DNA of 64,000 nucleotides from Alphaproteobacteria bacterium (GTDB lineage: Bacteria > Pseudomonadota > Alphaproteobacteria > MPNO01): positions 1,664,001 through 1,728,000 of the forward strand of contig OZ219866.1 in assembly GCA_964291675.2 (NCBI GenBank), written 5' to 3'. Each line of letters starts with the position of its first letter. Position 1 is the stretch's first letter. Shown here in pieces: positions 31,619 through 41,193 of this stretch. The position numbers were made by a program, and so were the translations under genes. Under the pieces are notes generated by a model, which was given only the letters and a program-made list of their open reading frames with translations, was not told where the DNA came from and did no database searches.

Positions 31619-34015
31619 TCAGCCGCGCGAAGGCAGCGCATCGACATGGGCGGCGGCGCGGGCCGCGGTCTCGGCGACCGCCGATTTGAGCGCATCGAAA
31701 TTCTCGTGTCCGCAAGCGTTCGCGACGAGGGATTTCACCTTCGGTCTTGCCGCGGTCGCATCAAATCCTTCCTCACCGGCGAGGCGCGTGACGCCCTGCA
31801 AGTCCCGCCACATGGCCGCGGCTTCCGCCAGCGGCGCGGCACCGGCGGCCTCGAACACCGCCGCGGCGGTCGGAGCCGGATCGTCGAGGTCGGGACCGGC
31901 ACTCGTCAGCTGCAGGAAGCGCGCGGCCCTCTCGACCTCTTCCAGCCCGCCGCGCATGCGGGCATAGGCGAACACGCCCGTTTCGACGGGATCCGGCAGT
32001 GGCTGGCGCAGCCGGGCGATCAAAGACGCGTCCGCGCCGCATTCGGCCAGGGCTTCGCGCCGCCCTTCGTCGAAGCGGCGGCCGATTTCGGATTCGCCGC
32101 ATTCGAACACGCAGCGCGCCCTGGCGAGGAGGGGAATTTCGCCGGGGCCGGAGTCCCCGCAATGCCCGGCCAGCCCGGAAAGCGGCAGCGCGAGCAGAGA
32201 GCCCGAGCCCGCCGGGATCGCGGAGAACAGAAGACTGTCCCGCGCCAGGTCGGTCAGGATCTCGCGGAACCGTCGACAGAGGCGTTCGTTCTCGCTGGAC
32301 CGACCGCCGTCATGGACAAACAGCATATTGACCGGAATGCCCGGATAGGCTTCCCGGCTGGCGAGATCGGCGAGGACGATGGCGGCGATCCCGCCCCCGC
32401 GGAGCGGCCCCGCCCGGTCGACGAAATCCGCGACCACGGCGCCAAGCACGGTCGAGATCGAGGCATCGGCAAGGTTGGACAGCGCGACCCGCGCCTCGGC
32501 CGGCGACAGGTTTCCCCGCACGACATGCATGCCGATCTGAAACGCCTTGTCGTTCGACCAGTTTCGCACGATTTCGGCGGTATCCTTCGCATGCGCCGCC
32601 GGCAGCTCGGCGATCTGGCCCTTCATCTCCTCGACGCCCAGCTCGCGCGTCCAGTAGAGCCTCGCAAGCCCCCGCCGCGCCAGGTTTTCGGATTCCGGGT
32701 CCGGGCCGAACCCCTTCGGCAGGTCGAGATCGGTGAATTCCCGGTCCTGCAGGTTGTCGAGAAGCTCGGGGTGGCGCTCGATCCAACTTGCCAGCCGGGG
32801 GGCGGCCCCGAAGATTTCGACTATGGCCTCGAAGGCGTCCGGCCGCGCCGCGGAAATGGGACTGTCATACGCGCTCCAGTCATCGATCTCCGGGTAGTGG
32901 TGCGCGCGCCATCGGTCGACCAGCGGGTCCATCTTCTCGAACCAGCGCTTCGGCCGCAGCACGATGTTCATCATGTCGGCGTAGGTCCCCGGCAACACGG
33001 GCGATTCATCGGCGCTGCCGACCTGGAGCAGCGGATAGTGCCGGGAAGCCACCGCATGATGATCCGCATGGCGCTGCATGTTGAAGAACATCCAGTTGCT
33101 GAACTTCCAGTCGGCGCTCCAGGAATGGCGTGGCATCACCTTTTCCCAGCGCCCGTTCGGCAGGCGGATCCGACGCAGACCGTAGTGTTGAAAGTAGTTG
33201 CTGATCTTCATCGAAAAGACGCAGCACAGGCCGAGCACGGCAAACACCGGCACTGCCCAGATCCCGCTCATCCAGAACACCAGCCCGTACCAGAACCCGA
33301 CCGCGATGCCGTATCGCCAGAACGGATTGCTGTAATGCCACATCGGCAGGCGCCGCCGGGCCAGCCGTTCGCCGACGACCTTCCAGGAATTGGTGATGTT
33401 GCTGACGATTTCACGCGGGAAATACCGCCAGAAACTCTCTCCCTTGGGAGCGGATCCCACATCATGCGGCGTGCCGACCCGGGCATGGTGGATATAGACA
33501 TGCTCAGTCGCGTATTGCGGATAGGAGGCGGAGGCGAGAAGGAACTCGCCCAGCCGGCTTTCCCAGCCGGAGCGTCGGTGAATCAATTCGTGACCGACCA
33601 CGAATACGGCCTGTGCTTCCATGGTCAGTATGATCGCCAGGAGCACGCTCTCCCAGAGCGCCAACTGGTCTGCGACGAGGATTTGCCACAAGCCGAATAT
33701 CAGCGTGGGTGGCCAGAGGAAGGCCCAGATCCAGACAGGCAGGTTATGCCAGAACAGGCGGCGTTCCGGCGTCTTTACCGGATCCATATTGCGTCCGTCG
33801 GCACCCAGCGCCCGGTCGAGCGGTCCCGCGACACTCATATAAACGAACGGCGGCAACAACCACCAGCCGCCATAGATCGCGGCGAGGAGGATCAAAGGGA
33901 AAATCCCCAATGGCAGATAATGCGGAAGGGCGTTGAGGATCGACGGCTCTACGTGCTGCGCGCTGTCGGCCTTACTCGAGCCCAGGCCGCCGTCTACGGC
34001 TGCATCTTGCGGCAT
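31619..34015 (-). CDS. AlkB/desaturase-type membrane diiron enzyme fused to a degenerate GlnE adenylyltransferase-like domain
   Basis: HELIH, EHVYIHH, NYFQHYGL, QRHADHHA His boxes; C-terminal half parallels GlnE (FGAAPRLASWIERHPELLD, AFQIGMHVVRG, ALSNLADA, GGLEEVERAARFLQL). Confidence 0.8.
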   Translation of the reverse strand: MPQDAAVDGGLGSSKADSAQHVEPSILNALPHYLPLGIFPLILLAAIYGGWWLLPPFVYMSVAGPLDRALGADGRNMDPVKTPERRLFWHNLPVWIWAFLWPPTLIFGLWQILVADQLALWESVLLAIILTMEAQAVFVVGHELIHRRSGWESRLGEFLLASASYPQYATEHVYIHHARVGTPHDVGSAPKGESFWRYFPREIVSNITNSWKVVGERLARRRLPMWHYSNPFWRYGIAVGFWYGLVFWMSGIWAVPVFAVLGLCCVFSMKISNYFQHYGLRRIRLPNGRWEKVMPRHSWSADWKFSNWMFFNMQRHADHHAVASRHYPLLQVGSADESPVLPGTYADMMNIVLRPKRWFEKMDPLVDRWRAHHYPEIDDWSAYDSPISAARPDAFEAIVEIFGAAPRLASWIERHPELLDNLQDREFTDLDLPKGFGPDPESENLARRGLARLYWTRELGVEEMKGQIAELPAAHAKDTAEIVRNWSNDKAFQIGMHVVRGNLSPAEARVALSNLADASISTVLGAVVADFVDRAGPLRGGGIAAIVLADLASREAYPGIPVNMLFVHDGGRSSENERLCRRFREILTDLARDSLLFSAIPAGSGSLLALPLSGLAGHCGDSGPGEIPLLARARCVFECGESEIGRRFDEGRREALAECGADASLIARLRQPLPDPVETGVFAYARMRGGLEEVERAARFLQLTSAGPDLDDPAPTAAAVFEAAGAAPLAEAAAMWRDLQGVTRLAGEEGFDATAARPKVKSLVANACGHENFDALKSAVAETAARAAAHVDALPSRG

Positions 34016-34057
34016 GACAGCTTCCCCAGCGGACCAGCAGTCCCTCTCGGTGGGACG

Positions 34058-34086
34058 ACGTTAGCACCGGTCAACGTAACCTGCAA
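34058..34086 (-). promoter_or_regulatory. Putative internal sigma70 promoter for the AlkB-GlnE/YcaO/372-aa genes
   Basis: Minus strand TTGCAG-N17-TAACGT with extended -10 TG, about 40 nt upstream of ATG 34015. Confidence 0.45.
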
Positions 34087-34091
34087 ATCGT

Positions 34092-35393
34092 TCAGCCCTG
34101 TAGCACTTCGGCGAGACGTTCCAGAGCCTCGATACAAAACGCAGTGGTCACGGCTTCGGAGCCGTGCCCTATCTGCCCTACCGTACCCCACTTTAGGGAC
34201 TGGTCGCCAAAGGCGAGTAGCTCCGGCCAGCTACCGTCCTCGCGTTGCGAGTTCCTGAACCTGTCCACTTGGCGCTTCGCGTCGATCCTTTCAAGGCCTC
34301 CGACACCGTAGAGCGCCGACACTGCCTGGGCGGTGTGCAGGATATTGCCGAATTCTCCCGTCTCGTCGCGCAGGCCCAAGATACGATCCGAGAGTATCGG
34401 GCGAAGGCCGGCAAGGGCGGGCGGTGCACGCATCATGGCACGGGAGACTGCGTAGTAGATCGCGACCGGGTCGGGATACCATTTGGACGAGCCCCCAACC
34501 CGGCCTCCGGCGACCATAGCCTCCAACCATCGTTGGGCGCGTTCGGTTTCGGGGCGGTCGCCGAGATAGGCGATGACATTGGCATTGACGACGGGGTCGG
34601 CCTCGATACGAAAGCGCGAAACGATATCGGGCTCGTCTTCCGCCAGAATCCAGGTCATGAAACGACCTTCCCCGTCGCGGCTCGACAATATTGGCGGAAC
34701 GTTCCTTCCCAGCAAAATCCAGGGATGGGCCCCGGTGACCAGCGAACAAAGGGCGGTGCTGTCAAGATCCTGGGGCAAATGGCGATAGTACCGCCACAAT
34801 CCGGGATATTCGATGGTGTCGACGAGATACGCCCTGGAGGCGGCGCATATCTCCCTGGCACGCGCCTCGCCGCTGCTTTCCAGGGCAAGTACGCAAAGAG
34901 CCGAAACAAAGGGAGGTCTCTCGTAATGCCGCGGGATGTCCGGATCGGCGGTGTTGAACCGGATGCAATGCCAGGCGCCGTTTTCGTCGATTGTCGATTC
35001 CAGGAAATCGAGGCCGCGGCGGATGCTCTCCCTGGCCGCTCTTGCCAGCGCATCGGCGGCGGCAGCGTTCTCCCGGTCTCTCGCCGGTTGGGGAGCAGGG
35101 GGACGGAGGGGCGGGGCGGGATCGTATAGCGTCTTACGCAGGAATTCGAGCGATGTTGCGCCGGTCTTCGCCGCCTCCCGTTCGGCTTCGCTAAACTTGC
35201 TGCGCGGCGGAAGCACCACATGCGTCGCGGTATAGGTGTCTTCGTGTACGTGGATCTCGTGGCCCTCCGCCAGGGTCATGCCGAATTCCCTTTCGATCGT
35301 CTCCCTGGGATTGGCGAGAAGACGTGCGCGAAAGTCACTGTCTTCGCCGGCTCGCGAGGCGAGGAATTCTGTCGCGTCAACCGGTTCCTTCAT
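34092..35393 (-). CDS. NHLP leader-like domain fused to a monodomain class II terpene cyclase-like alpha-barrel
   Basis: N-terminus DSDFRARLLANPRETIEREFG..HVHED..HVVLPP; then RGLDFL, GLWRYY..PQDLDSTA, DPVVNANVIAYLG, QW-repeat QREDGSW, GSEAVTTAFCIEAL. Confidence 0.75.
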   Translation of the reverse strand: MKEPVDATEFLASRAGEDSDFRARLLANPRETIEREFGMTLAEGHEIHVHEDTYTATHVVLPPRSKFSEAEREAAKTGATSLEFLRKTLYDPAPPLRPPAPQPARDRENAAAADALARAARESIRRGLDFLESTIDENGAWHCIRFNTADPDIPRHYERPPFVSALCVLALESSGEARAREICAASRAYLVDTIEYPGLWRYYRHLPQDLDSTALCSLVTGAHPWILLGRNVPPILSSRDGEGRFMTWILAEDEPDIVSRFRIEADPVVNANVIAYLGDRPETERAQRWLEAMVAGGRVGGSSKWYPDPVAIYYAVSRAMMRAPPALAGLRPILSDRILGLRDETGEFGNILHTAQAVSALYGVGGLERIDAKRQVDRFRNSQREDGSWPELLAFGDQSLKWGTVGQIGHGSEAVTTAFCIEALERLAEVLQG

Positions 35394-35499
35394 CGATGTC
35401 TTCCATTTCCGCGGCGCCTGGTCGCGCGGGAATTCCCGCCAGCCAAATCGCTGTGATGGCGGGAGAGCGCGAAACCCTCGCCGAGCCGACCTCCTCCGA

Positions 35500-38445
35500 T
35501 CAGGCGACCTGCCTCTTGACCAGCTCCTTGAACACCCCGTCGACCTCCATGAGTTCGTTGAAGGAGCCGCTCTGTACGACTTTCCCCGCCTGCAGCACGT
35601 AGATTCTATCGGCCTGTTCCAGCGTGGACAGGCGGTGGGCGATGATCACCCGGGTAGAGGTCAGGGCCGTGAGATTTTGCATTACCTTGGCCTGGCTTTC
35701 GTTGTCCAGCCAGTTGGTCGCCTCGTCGAACAGCATGATCCGCGGGCTGCCGATCACCGATCTGGCGATCGTGACGCGCTGACTCTCGCCCCCCGACAGG
35801 ACCGCCCCGCTGGTGCCGACCATGGTCATCATGCCCATGGGCATGCTCTTGATTTCGTTCTCGACCTCGGCGATGCGGACCGCCGTCCACACCTCCTCGG
35901 TCGTCACGTCGTCGCGGTGTCCGACCACATTGTCCCAGAGATCCTGGGGATGGAGTCCGACCGATTGCGGCACCACGCCGATCTGCCGGCGTAGCTGTTT
36001 CAGGTTCAGGTGTCGCAGATCGCGTCCGTCGTAATACACCGCGCCCGCAGTCGGCCTGTCGATCCCGAGCGCGAGCCGGAACAGGGTGCTCTTGCCGGCA
36101 CCCGACTCGCCGGCGATCGCGATGAATTCACCGGGACGGGCGCGCAGCGTGACATCGTCCAGAATCAACGGGCCGTCCGGGTCGTAGCGGAACGAAACGC
36201 GGTCGAACAGAATGTCGCCGCCCAGAAACCCGACCGGCTCTCCTTCGATCCCGGCGTCGGGGACGGCGGTCAGCAGCGGGCGCATCTGATCGAACGCCGG
36301 CAGCATGGCGGCGACGGTGCCGAACGACTCGCCGAGCCGGGCGATGGCGGTCTGGAAAGCGATGAAGACGGTGTAAACGACCAGAAAATCGCCCACCGGA
36401 ACGTTACGGTCGCCCGATCCCGCCACCGCGAACAGCAGAACCCCGCCCGCAAGAAAGGGGAGTGCGGCACCGAATGCGCGCGAATGTCCTTCGAGCGCGC
36501 CCAGCTCGATCTCCGCGCGTTTCTGTTCGCGATAATCCCGCGCCCAGATGGCGAATGCCGACCCTTCCGCGTTTTCCACGCGCAGCTTGGAGATGCCGCC
36601 CACGATCTGGAAAAGCTGGCCGGCCACGCGACGCGCTGCGCTGATCATCCGCCCGTGGGGTGAGATCTGCAGCAGGCCGAGGACCAGGGCGATCGACAGG
36701 GACGCCAGGCTGAAGGCGAGCGCGATGACCCCGAGGGTGGAATCGTAGAAGAAGATGACGCCGAAAACCGGAAGCAGAAAGACGACCGACAGCAGGCTGT
36801 CGGCGACGACTCCCTGCAAGCCGTCGCGAATATTCTGGAACGTCATTCCCGACATGGCCAGATCGCCGGCCGGATGGCGGTGCAGCGTGCTCGGCGGGAG
36901 GCGCATCAGGCGGTCCCAGAAGGCGGCTTCGACCCGCGACGCCGAGCGCCCCTCGAGCCGCATCATCGCCGTGCTCTGAAGCAGGTGGAGCAATGCGCCG
37001 AGCAGCCCGAACACCGCCACCCCCACCGCCACGGCATAGAGCGCTCCGGCATTTCCGCCCGCCGTTACCTGGTTCGCGACGAATCCGAGAGCGAGTGCCG
37101 GCAGCAGTTTGATCAGCCCGCCCGGAAGCCCCGCCATCACCAGCCGCGTCAGATCCGCCGCCGATCCGCGCAGGGCAACGCCCAGCAGGGCTGCCGGCGT
37201 CACGTTGCCCGACGGCAATGGCGGGTGGAACATCCAGGCTTCTTCTTCCAGCGCGGCGGCGCGATCCGCCGTGACCCGGGCACTGCGTTTGCCGACCGGT
37301 TCGAATTCCCGGTAGCGGCCGAACATTCCGGGCAGCAGCGCTACGGGCCGGCCATCTTCGGCCCGGAATCCCAGGAGCGCATTGCTGTCGCCGCGCCACC
37401 AGCTACCCTCGGCCTTGAAGCGGACGCGCCGGGCGCGAACGCCTGACGCATCGAGAATGTCGACCAGGCCGACGGGAGAATCGGAAGGCCCCGAGCGCGC
37501 CGGTATCTTGAAGTCGATACCTTCGTGGCGGCCGATGGCGTGCAGGGCGTCGGCCAGAGCCGTGTCTTCGATATCGGCATTCCGGTCGATCGGCAGGTCA
37601 TAGATGTTGACCAGCCGCTGCCGTGCTGCCCTTTCCGCCGTGCGGCGGCTGGCCGTGCGTGCGCGTTCGAGATTCGCATCGTCGACCGCCGCGAGCCGGC
37701 GGTTGAGGCGTTCCAAGGCGAAAGCAAGCGAGTGAAAGGAGGCAAGCACCCGCAGCAGCACGCCCTGCCGCGCCAGGGTCTCGGTTGTCTTGCCCGAAAG
37801 CCTCGCCCGGTCGAACAACGTGAGCCAGCTTGTGCGCGTCAGCGGTATGAAGGCTTCGTGGGGACGGCCCGCCTCGGCAAGCTCCGCCGGATCGACGATA
37901 TCCATGAACGCGCTTGCGCCCCGCGGCGGTTCGGACACCCATACCACACCGCGCCTTACGGATAGCGTACCGGCGGCCAGGGTTCGAACGCCACCGGGCT
38001 CGGCCAGCGTGGTCGGCCGCGGAAGACGGCTGGCAAAGCGCGAGAGCGTGTCGGTAATGGCGGTCAACCACGTATCGGTCTGTTCCGCCAGGTCTGCGGG
38101 ATCGACCTCCGACAGCAGGGATGCCGGCAGGCGTTTCAGCAGGGTGCCCGGCAAGCCCTTGGCGATCAGGCTGAGCGTGGTGTCTTCGCCATCCCCCCGT
38201 TCGTCCGGCGCGACACCCGGCAGCAACCAGCCCGACTCGCGCCGCAGCAGATGCTTCGGCGCCGCCTGCTCGACCCCGTCCTTGAATTCGACCATGAACA
38301 GATTGACGGCGCCCCGATCGATGAACCAGACACTATCCGGGTCGTCGAGGCGCAACGGCATATTGCCGGCGCAGGGCACGGATATGCCGGAGCGAGCTGC
38401 CAGTTCGGCTATGGTTGTGTATTCCGGCAACGTGTCCTGCTTCAA
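35500..38445 (-). CDS. NHLP bacteriocin export ABC transporter permease/ATPase subunit
   Basis: N-terminal LDDPDSVWFIDRGAVNLF domain, TM domain, GESGAGKST, LSGGESQR, LFDEAT. Confidence 0.92.
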   Translation of the reverse strand: MKQDTLPEYTTIAELAARSGISVPCAGNMPLRLDDPDSVWFIDRGAVNLFMVEFKDGVEQAAPKHLLRRESGWLLPGVAPDERGDGEDTTLSLIAKGLPGTLLKRLPASLLSEVDPADLAEQTDTWLTAITDTLSRFASRLPRPTTLAEPGGVRTLAAGTLSVRRGVVWVSEPPRGASAFMDIVDPAELAEAGRPHEAFIPLTRTSWLTLFDRARLSGKTTETLARQGVLLRVLASFHSLAFALERLNRRLAAVDDANLERARTASRRTAERAARQRLVNIYDLPIDRNADIEDTALADALHAIGRHEGIDFKIPARSGPSDSPVGLVDILDASGVRARRVRFKAEGSWWRGDSNALLGFRAEDGRPVALLPGMFGRYREFEPVGKRSARVTADRAAALEEEAWMFHPPLPSGNVTPAALLGVALRGSAADLTRLVMAGLPGGLIKLLPALALGFVANQVTAGGNAGALYAVAVGVAVFGLLGALLHLLQSTAMMRLEGRSASRVEAAFWDRLMRLPPSTLHRHPAGDLAMSGMTFQNIRDGLQGVVADSLLSVVFLLPVFGVIFFYDSTLGVIALAFSLASLSIALVLGLLQISPHGRMISAARRVAGQLFQIVGGISKLRVENAEGSAFAIWARDYREQKRAEIELGALEGHSRAFGAALPFLAGGVLLFAVAGSGDRNVPVGDFLVVYTVFIAFQTAIARLGESFGTVAAMLPAFDQMRPLLTAVPDAGIEGEPVGFLGGDILFDRVSFRYDPDGPLILDDVTLRARPGEFIAIAGESGAGKSTLFRLALGIDRPTAGAVYYDGRDLRHLNLKQLRRQIGVVPQSVGLHPQDLWDNVVGHRDDVTTEEVWTAVRIAEVENEIKSMPMGMMTMVGTSGAVLSGGESQRVTIARSVIGSPRIMLFDEATNWLDNESQAKVMQNLTALTSTRVIIAHRLSTLEQADRIYVLQAGKVVQSGSFNELMEVDGVFKELVKRQVA

Positions 38446-40652
38446 CCCGACTTGACCAGCTTGTAATAGGTGCCGTCGCGGTCAGCGATCAACTCGTCGT
38501 GTGTACCGCGCTGCACTTCCACGCCCTTGTCGAGCACGACGATCGCGTCACAATCCCGCACCGTGCTCAGCCGGTGGGCCACGATCAGGCAGGTGACGCC
38601 ACGGCGCCGCAAGGCATCGTCGACGTCCTCCTCCGTCGCGGCATCGAGGGCGCTGGTCGCCTCGTCCAGAATGAGCAACGTCGGATTGCCCACCAGCGCG
38701 CGGGCAATTTCCAGCCGCTGCCGCTGGCCGCCGCTGAAATTCACCCCGCCTTCCTCGACGCGGGTCGCATATCCGTGTGGCCGGAGCAGGACTTCGTCAT
38801 GGATCCTCGCATCTCGCGTCGCGGCGAAGATGGCTTCATCCGGAACGGCCGGGTTCCACAAGGTGATGTTGTCGCGCAGGGTCGCGGAAAACAGCACGAC
38901 GTCCTGATCCACCATGGAAATGGACTGCCGCAGCACTTCTTCGGGTATCTCTTCCCGCGGGTGGCCATCGAACAGGATTTCGCCCGACCACGGCCGATAG
39001 ACGCCCGAGATAAGACGCGCCAGGGTGGACTTGCCGGAACCGCTGGGACCGACCACGGCAACCCGCTCCCCCGGCTTGATCGCCAGGTTGAAGTCCTTGA
39101 TCAAAGGCGGCCGGCTCTTGTTGAAGCCGAAGGTGACGTCCCGCAGTTCGAGCTGGCCTGCAAGCTGGAGCCGGCCATTGAATGTGGGGATCGACTCCGA
39201 CTCGGGGTTTCGCCGGCCGAAATTCGGGTCTTCCGCGGTCTTCGAGATGTCCTGGAGCCGTTGCAGATCGGTTTCCAGCGCCTGGCGCTTGTCGGTGAAT
39301 TCGAGGAAGCGCCCGATGGGCGCCAGGAACATCTCGGCCAGAATATAGAAGCCGACCAGCGTTCCCAGCGTCATCTTCCCGGTCATCACCAGACTGCCCC
39401 CGACGCCCAAAATCGCGGCGGCGCGCAGCGCGGCGACCAGGCCCGGCAGGGCGGTATTGAGGGAGCCCAGCTCGGTATGGAGCTGGCGGGCGCGCAGCTC
39501 CCGTGCCTGCTGGCCGCTCCAGCGCGAGAAAAACCGGTCGTCCGATCCCGTCATGCGCAGGTTGTCGGCGTGATTCAACATCTGCATGCCGAGGCCGATC
39601 AGCAATCCCTGCTCGCGCCTCATCGCCTGGCTGCGTACAGCTCGCAGCGCGTTGAGGAAGTGGGCCAGTACCGCGTGCAGGAGGGCCAGCAAGACCACGA
39701 TCAGCGTGAGCAGGACGTCGTAAACCAACATCGCGACGAGCAGCACCGCACTCATAGCCATGTCGATAATGAGCACAAGGAACTGATCGGTCAGGGTCTT
39801 CGCGATTCTGTCGATCGACGAGACGCGATCCGTCAAATCGCCCGCCAGCCTGTGTTCGAAGAACTCGATCGGCAGCCGCAGCAACCGCGACATGCCGCGA
39901 CTGTAGCCGATCACCGAAATCCGCACCGAGAGCCGCTTCAGGAAACGGTGCTTTAGCAAGGACAGGATGTATACCAGAACGCCGCCGCCGAGCAGGGCCG
40001 CCACCAACCCGCCCCAGGGTCCATGGTTTTCCAGCACGTCGTCCACGAAAACACCGAGCGATACGGGGACGACAAGTGCCAGCAACGTCAACATTAGCCC
40101 GCAGGCGATTATCCCCGTAAGCACGCTCCAGGATCCGAACAGCAAGGTGCCCAACTGCCTGAACAGGTCGGGCGGATCGCCGCCGGGACTGAAATCGTCG
40201 CCGCGCGCGAACCGCAGGGCAATTCCGCTGTAGCTCTTGTTGAACTCTTCAGCGGAAATCCTGCGTCGGCCCGTGGCGGGATCGTTGAGATAGTAATTGC
40301 GGCCATCGAACCCTTCGAGCACGAGGAAATGGCTGAACTGCCAGAACAGGATCAGGGGCAGCTCCAGCTTCTTCAGTTGTTCGGCCCGTACGCTGAGGCC
40401 GCTGCATTGGAGACCGTAATGCCTGGAGGCGCGCAAGATGCTCGCGGCACTGCTGCCGTCGCGGCTCACCTCGCATTTGTCGCGCAGCTCGGTAAGCGGC
40501 ACCCAGCGACCGAAATAGGCCAAGACGCTGCCGAGGCAGGCGGCGCCGCATTCGGATGCGTGCATCTGCAACAGAAGCGGCGTGGTTATCCTTTGCTTCA
40601 GGGAGTCCGATGCAGCCTTGCCTCCAGCCCCCTCAGAGGCGCGCGGCGACAT
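38442..40652 (-). CDS. NHLP family export ABC transporter with C39 peptidase domain
   Basis: QMHASECGAACL (catalytic Cys), FSHFLVLEG, NDPA, GPSGSGKST, FSGGQRQR. Confidence 0.94.
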   Translation of the reverse strand: MSPRASEGAGGKAASDSLKQRITTPLLLQMHASECGAACLGSVLAYFGRWVPLTELRDKCEVSRDGSSAASILRASRHYGLQCSGLSVRAEQLKKLELPLILFWQFSHFLVLEGFDGRNYYLNDPATGRRRISAEEFNKSYSGIALRFARGDDFSPGGDPPDLFRQLGTLLFGSWSVLTGIIACGLMLTLLALVVPVSLGVFVDDVLENHGPWGGLVAALLGGGVLVYILSLLKHRFLKRLSVRISVIGYSRGMSRLLRLPIEFFEHRLAGDLTDRVSSIDRIAKTLTDQFLVLIIDMAMSAVLLVAMLVYDVLLTLIVVLLALLHAVLAHFLNALRAVRSQAMRREQGLLIGLGMQMLNHADNLRMTGSDDRFFSRWSGQQARELRARQLHTELGSLNTALPGLVAALRAAAILGVGGSLVMTGKMTLGTLVGFYILAEMFLAPIGRFLEFTDKRQALETDLQRLQDISKTAEDPNFGRRNPESESIPTFNGRLQLAGQLELRDVTFGFNKSRPPLIKDFNLAIKPGERVAVVGPSGSGKSTLARLISGVYRPWSGEILFDGHPREEIPEEVLRQSISMVDQDVVLFSATLRDNITLWNPAVPDEAIFAATRDARIHDEVLLRPHGYATRVEEGGVNFSGGQRQRLEIARALVGNPTLLILDEATSALDAATEEDVDDALRRRGVTCLIVAHRLSTVRDCDAIVVLDKGVEVQRGTHDELIADRDGTYYKLVKSG

Positions 40653-40653
40653 C

Positions 40654-41193
40654 TTACAATCGCCCCGTCAGAAAGAGCGCAATCGGCGATTGCCTGCCGA
40701 GTTCGATGGCTATTCTGCATTCCTCGCCGGCAAGGGAAGCGAGATCAAGGTTTCGGTCGAGCGAGACAACGACGCGGTGCACGGACACCGGAGCGGCGGA
40801 CGCAAACGCGGCCAGCACCTCCGGTTGGGGTATGGCGGAAATGTCCGCGACCTGTCCGTCGAGTGCGTCCGCTCCTCTGTCCGCGCCACCCAGCTCGATC
40901 GCCGCCGCCATCCCGGCCTCGATTTGCGGCGCGACGTCGCGTTCGATCCAGACGAGGGCTTGCAAAGACCGGCCGCCCTTGCTGGCCTCGACCAGCACGC
41001 CCTTAATCGCGAGGCTATGGGATACGTTGCCGAAGAAGAGCCATCCGACGAGGATCAACAAAAACAGGGCGATGGCAGCGACGAGCAGGCGCTCCCGCGG
41101 TGTGGATATTGTCAGCAGCCGGTCGAGTTGTTCACGTTCTTCCTTCGCCTCGGCAACAGTATTATGGAAAGAGTCAAAGGGATTGTTGAACAC
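40654..41193 (-). CDS. Short NHLP secretion (HlyD-like) adaptor lacking the alpha-helical hairpin
   Basis: EQLDRLLTISTPR, TM helix and GWLFFG..KGVLV joined directly to a beta-barrel end (GQVADIS..RQSPIALFL); start GTG 41193 or ATG 41214. Confidence 0.7.
   Translation of the reverse strand: MFNNPFDSFHNTVAEAKEEREQLDRLLTISTPRERLLVAAIALFLLILVGWLFFGNVSHSLAIKGVLVEASKGGRSLQALVWIERDVAPQIEAGMAAAIELGGADRGADALDGQVADISAIPQPEVLAAFASAAPVSVHRVVVSLDRNLDLASLAGEECRIAIELGRQSPIALFLTGRL

Noticed and set aside
31619-32830. Functional glnE gene
   Set aside because: Only one domain is present, catalytic Gly/Asp motifs are replaced, and it is fused in frame to a diiron membrane domain.
34061-34087. CIRCE-like element TTAGCACCG-N9-ACCTGCAAA (hrcA is in the window)
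   Set aside because: Right arm matches only 5 of 9 positions, and the sequence is better explained as a minus-strand sigma70 promoter.
34092-35393. A second RiPP precursor, or a nitrile hydratase alpha subunit
   Set aside because: No stop after the leader, degenerate cleavage motif, no CxLCSC metal site; it continues into a ~330-aa enzyme domain.
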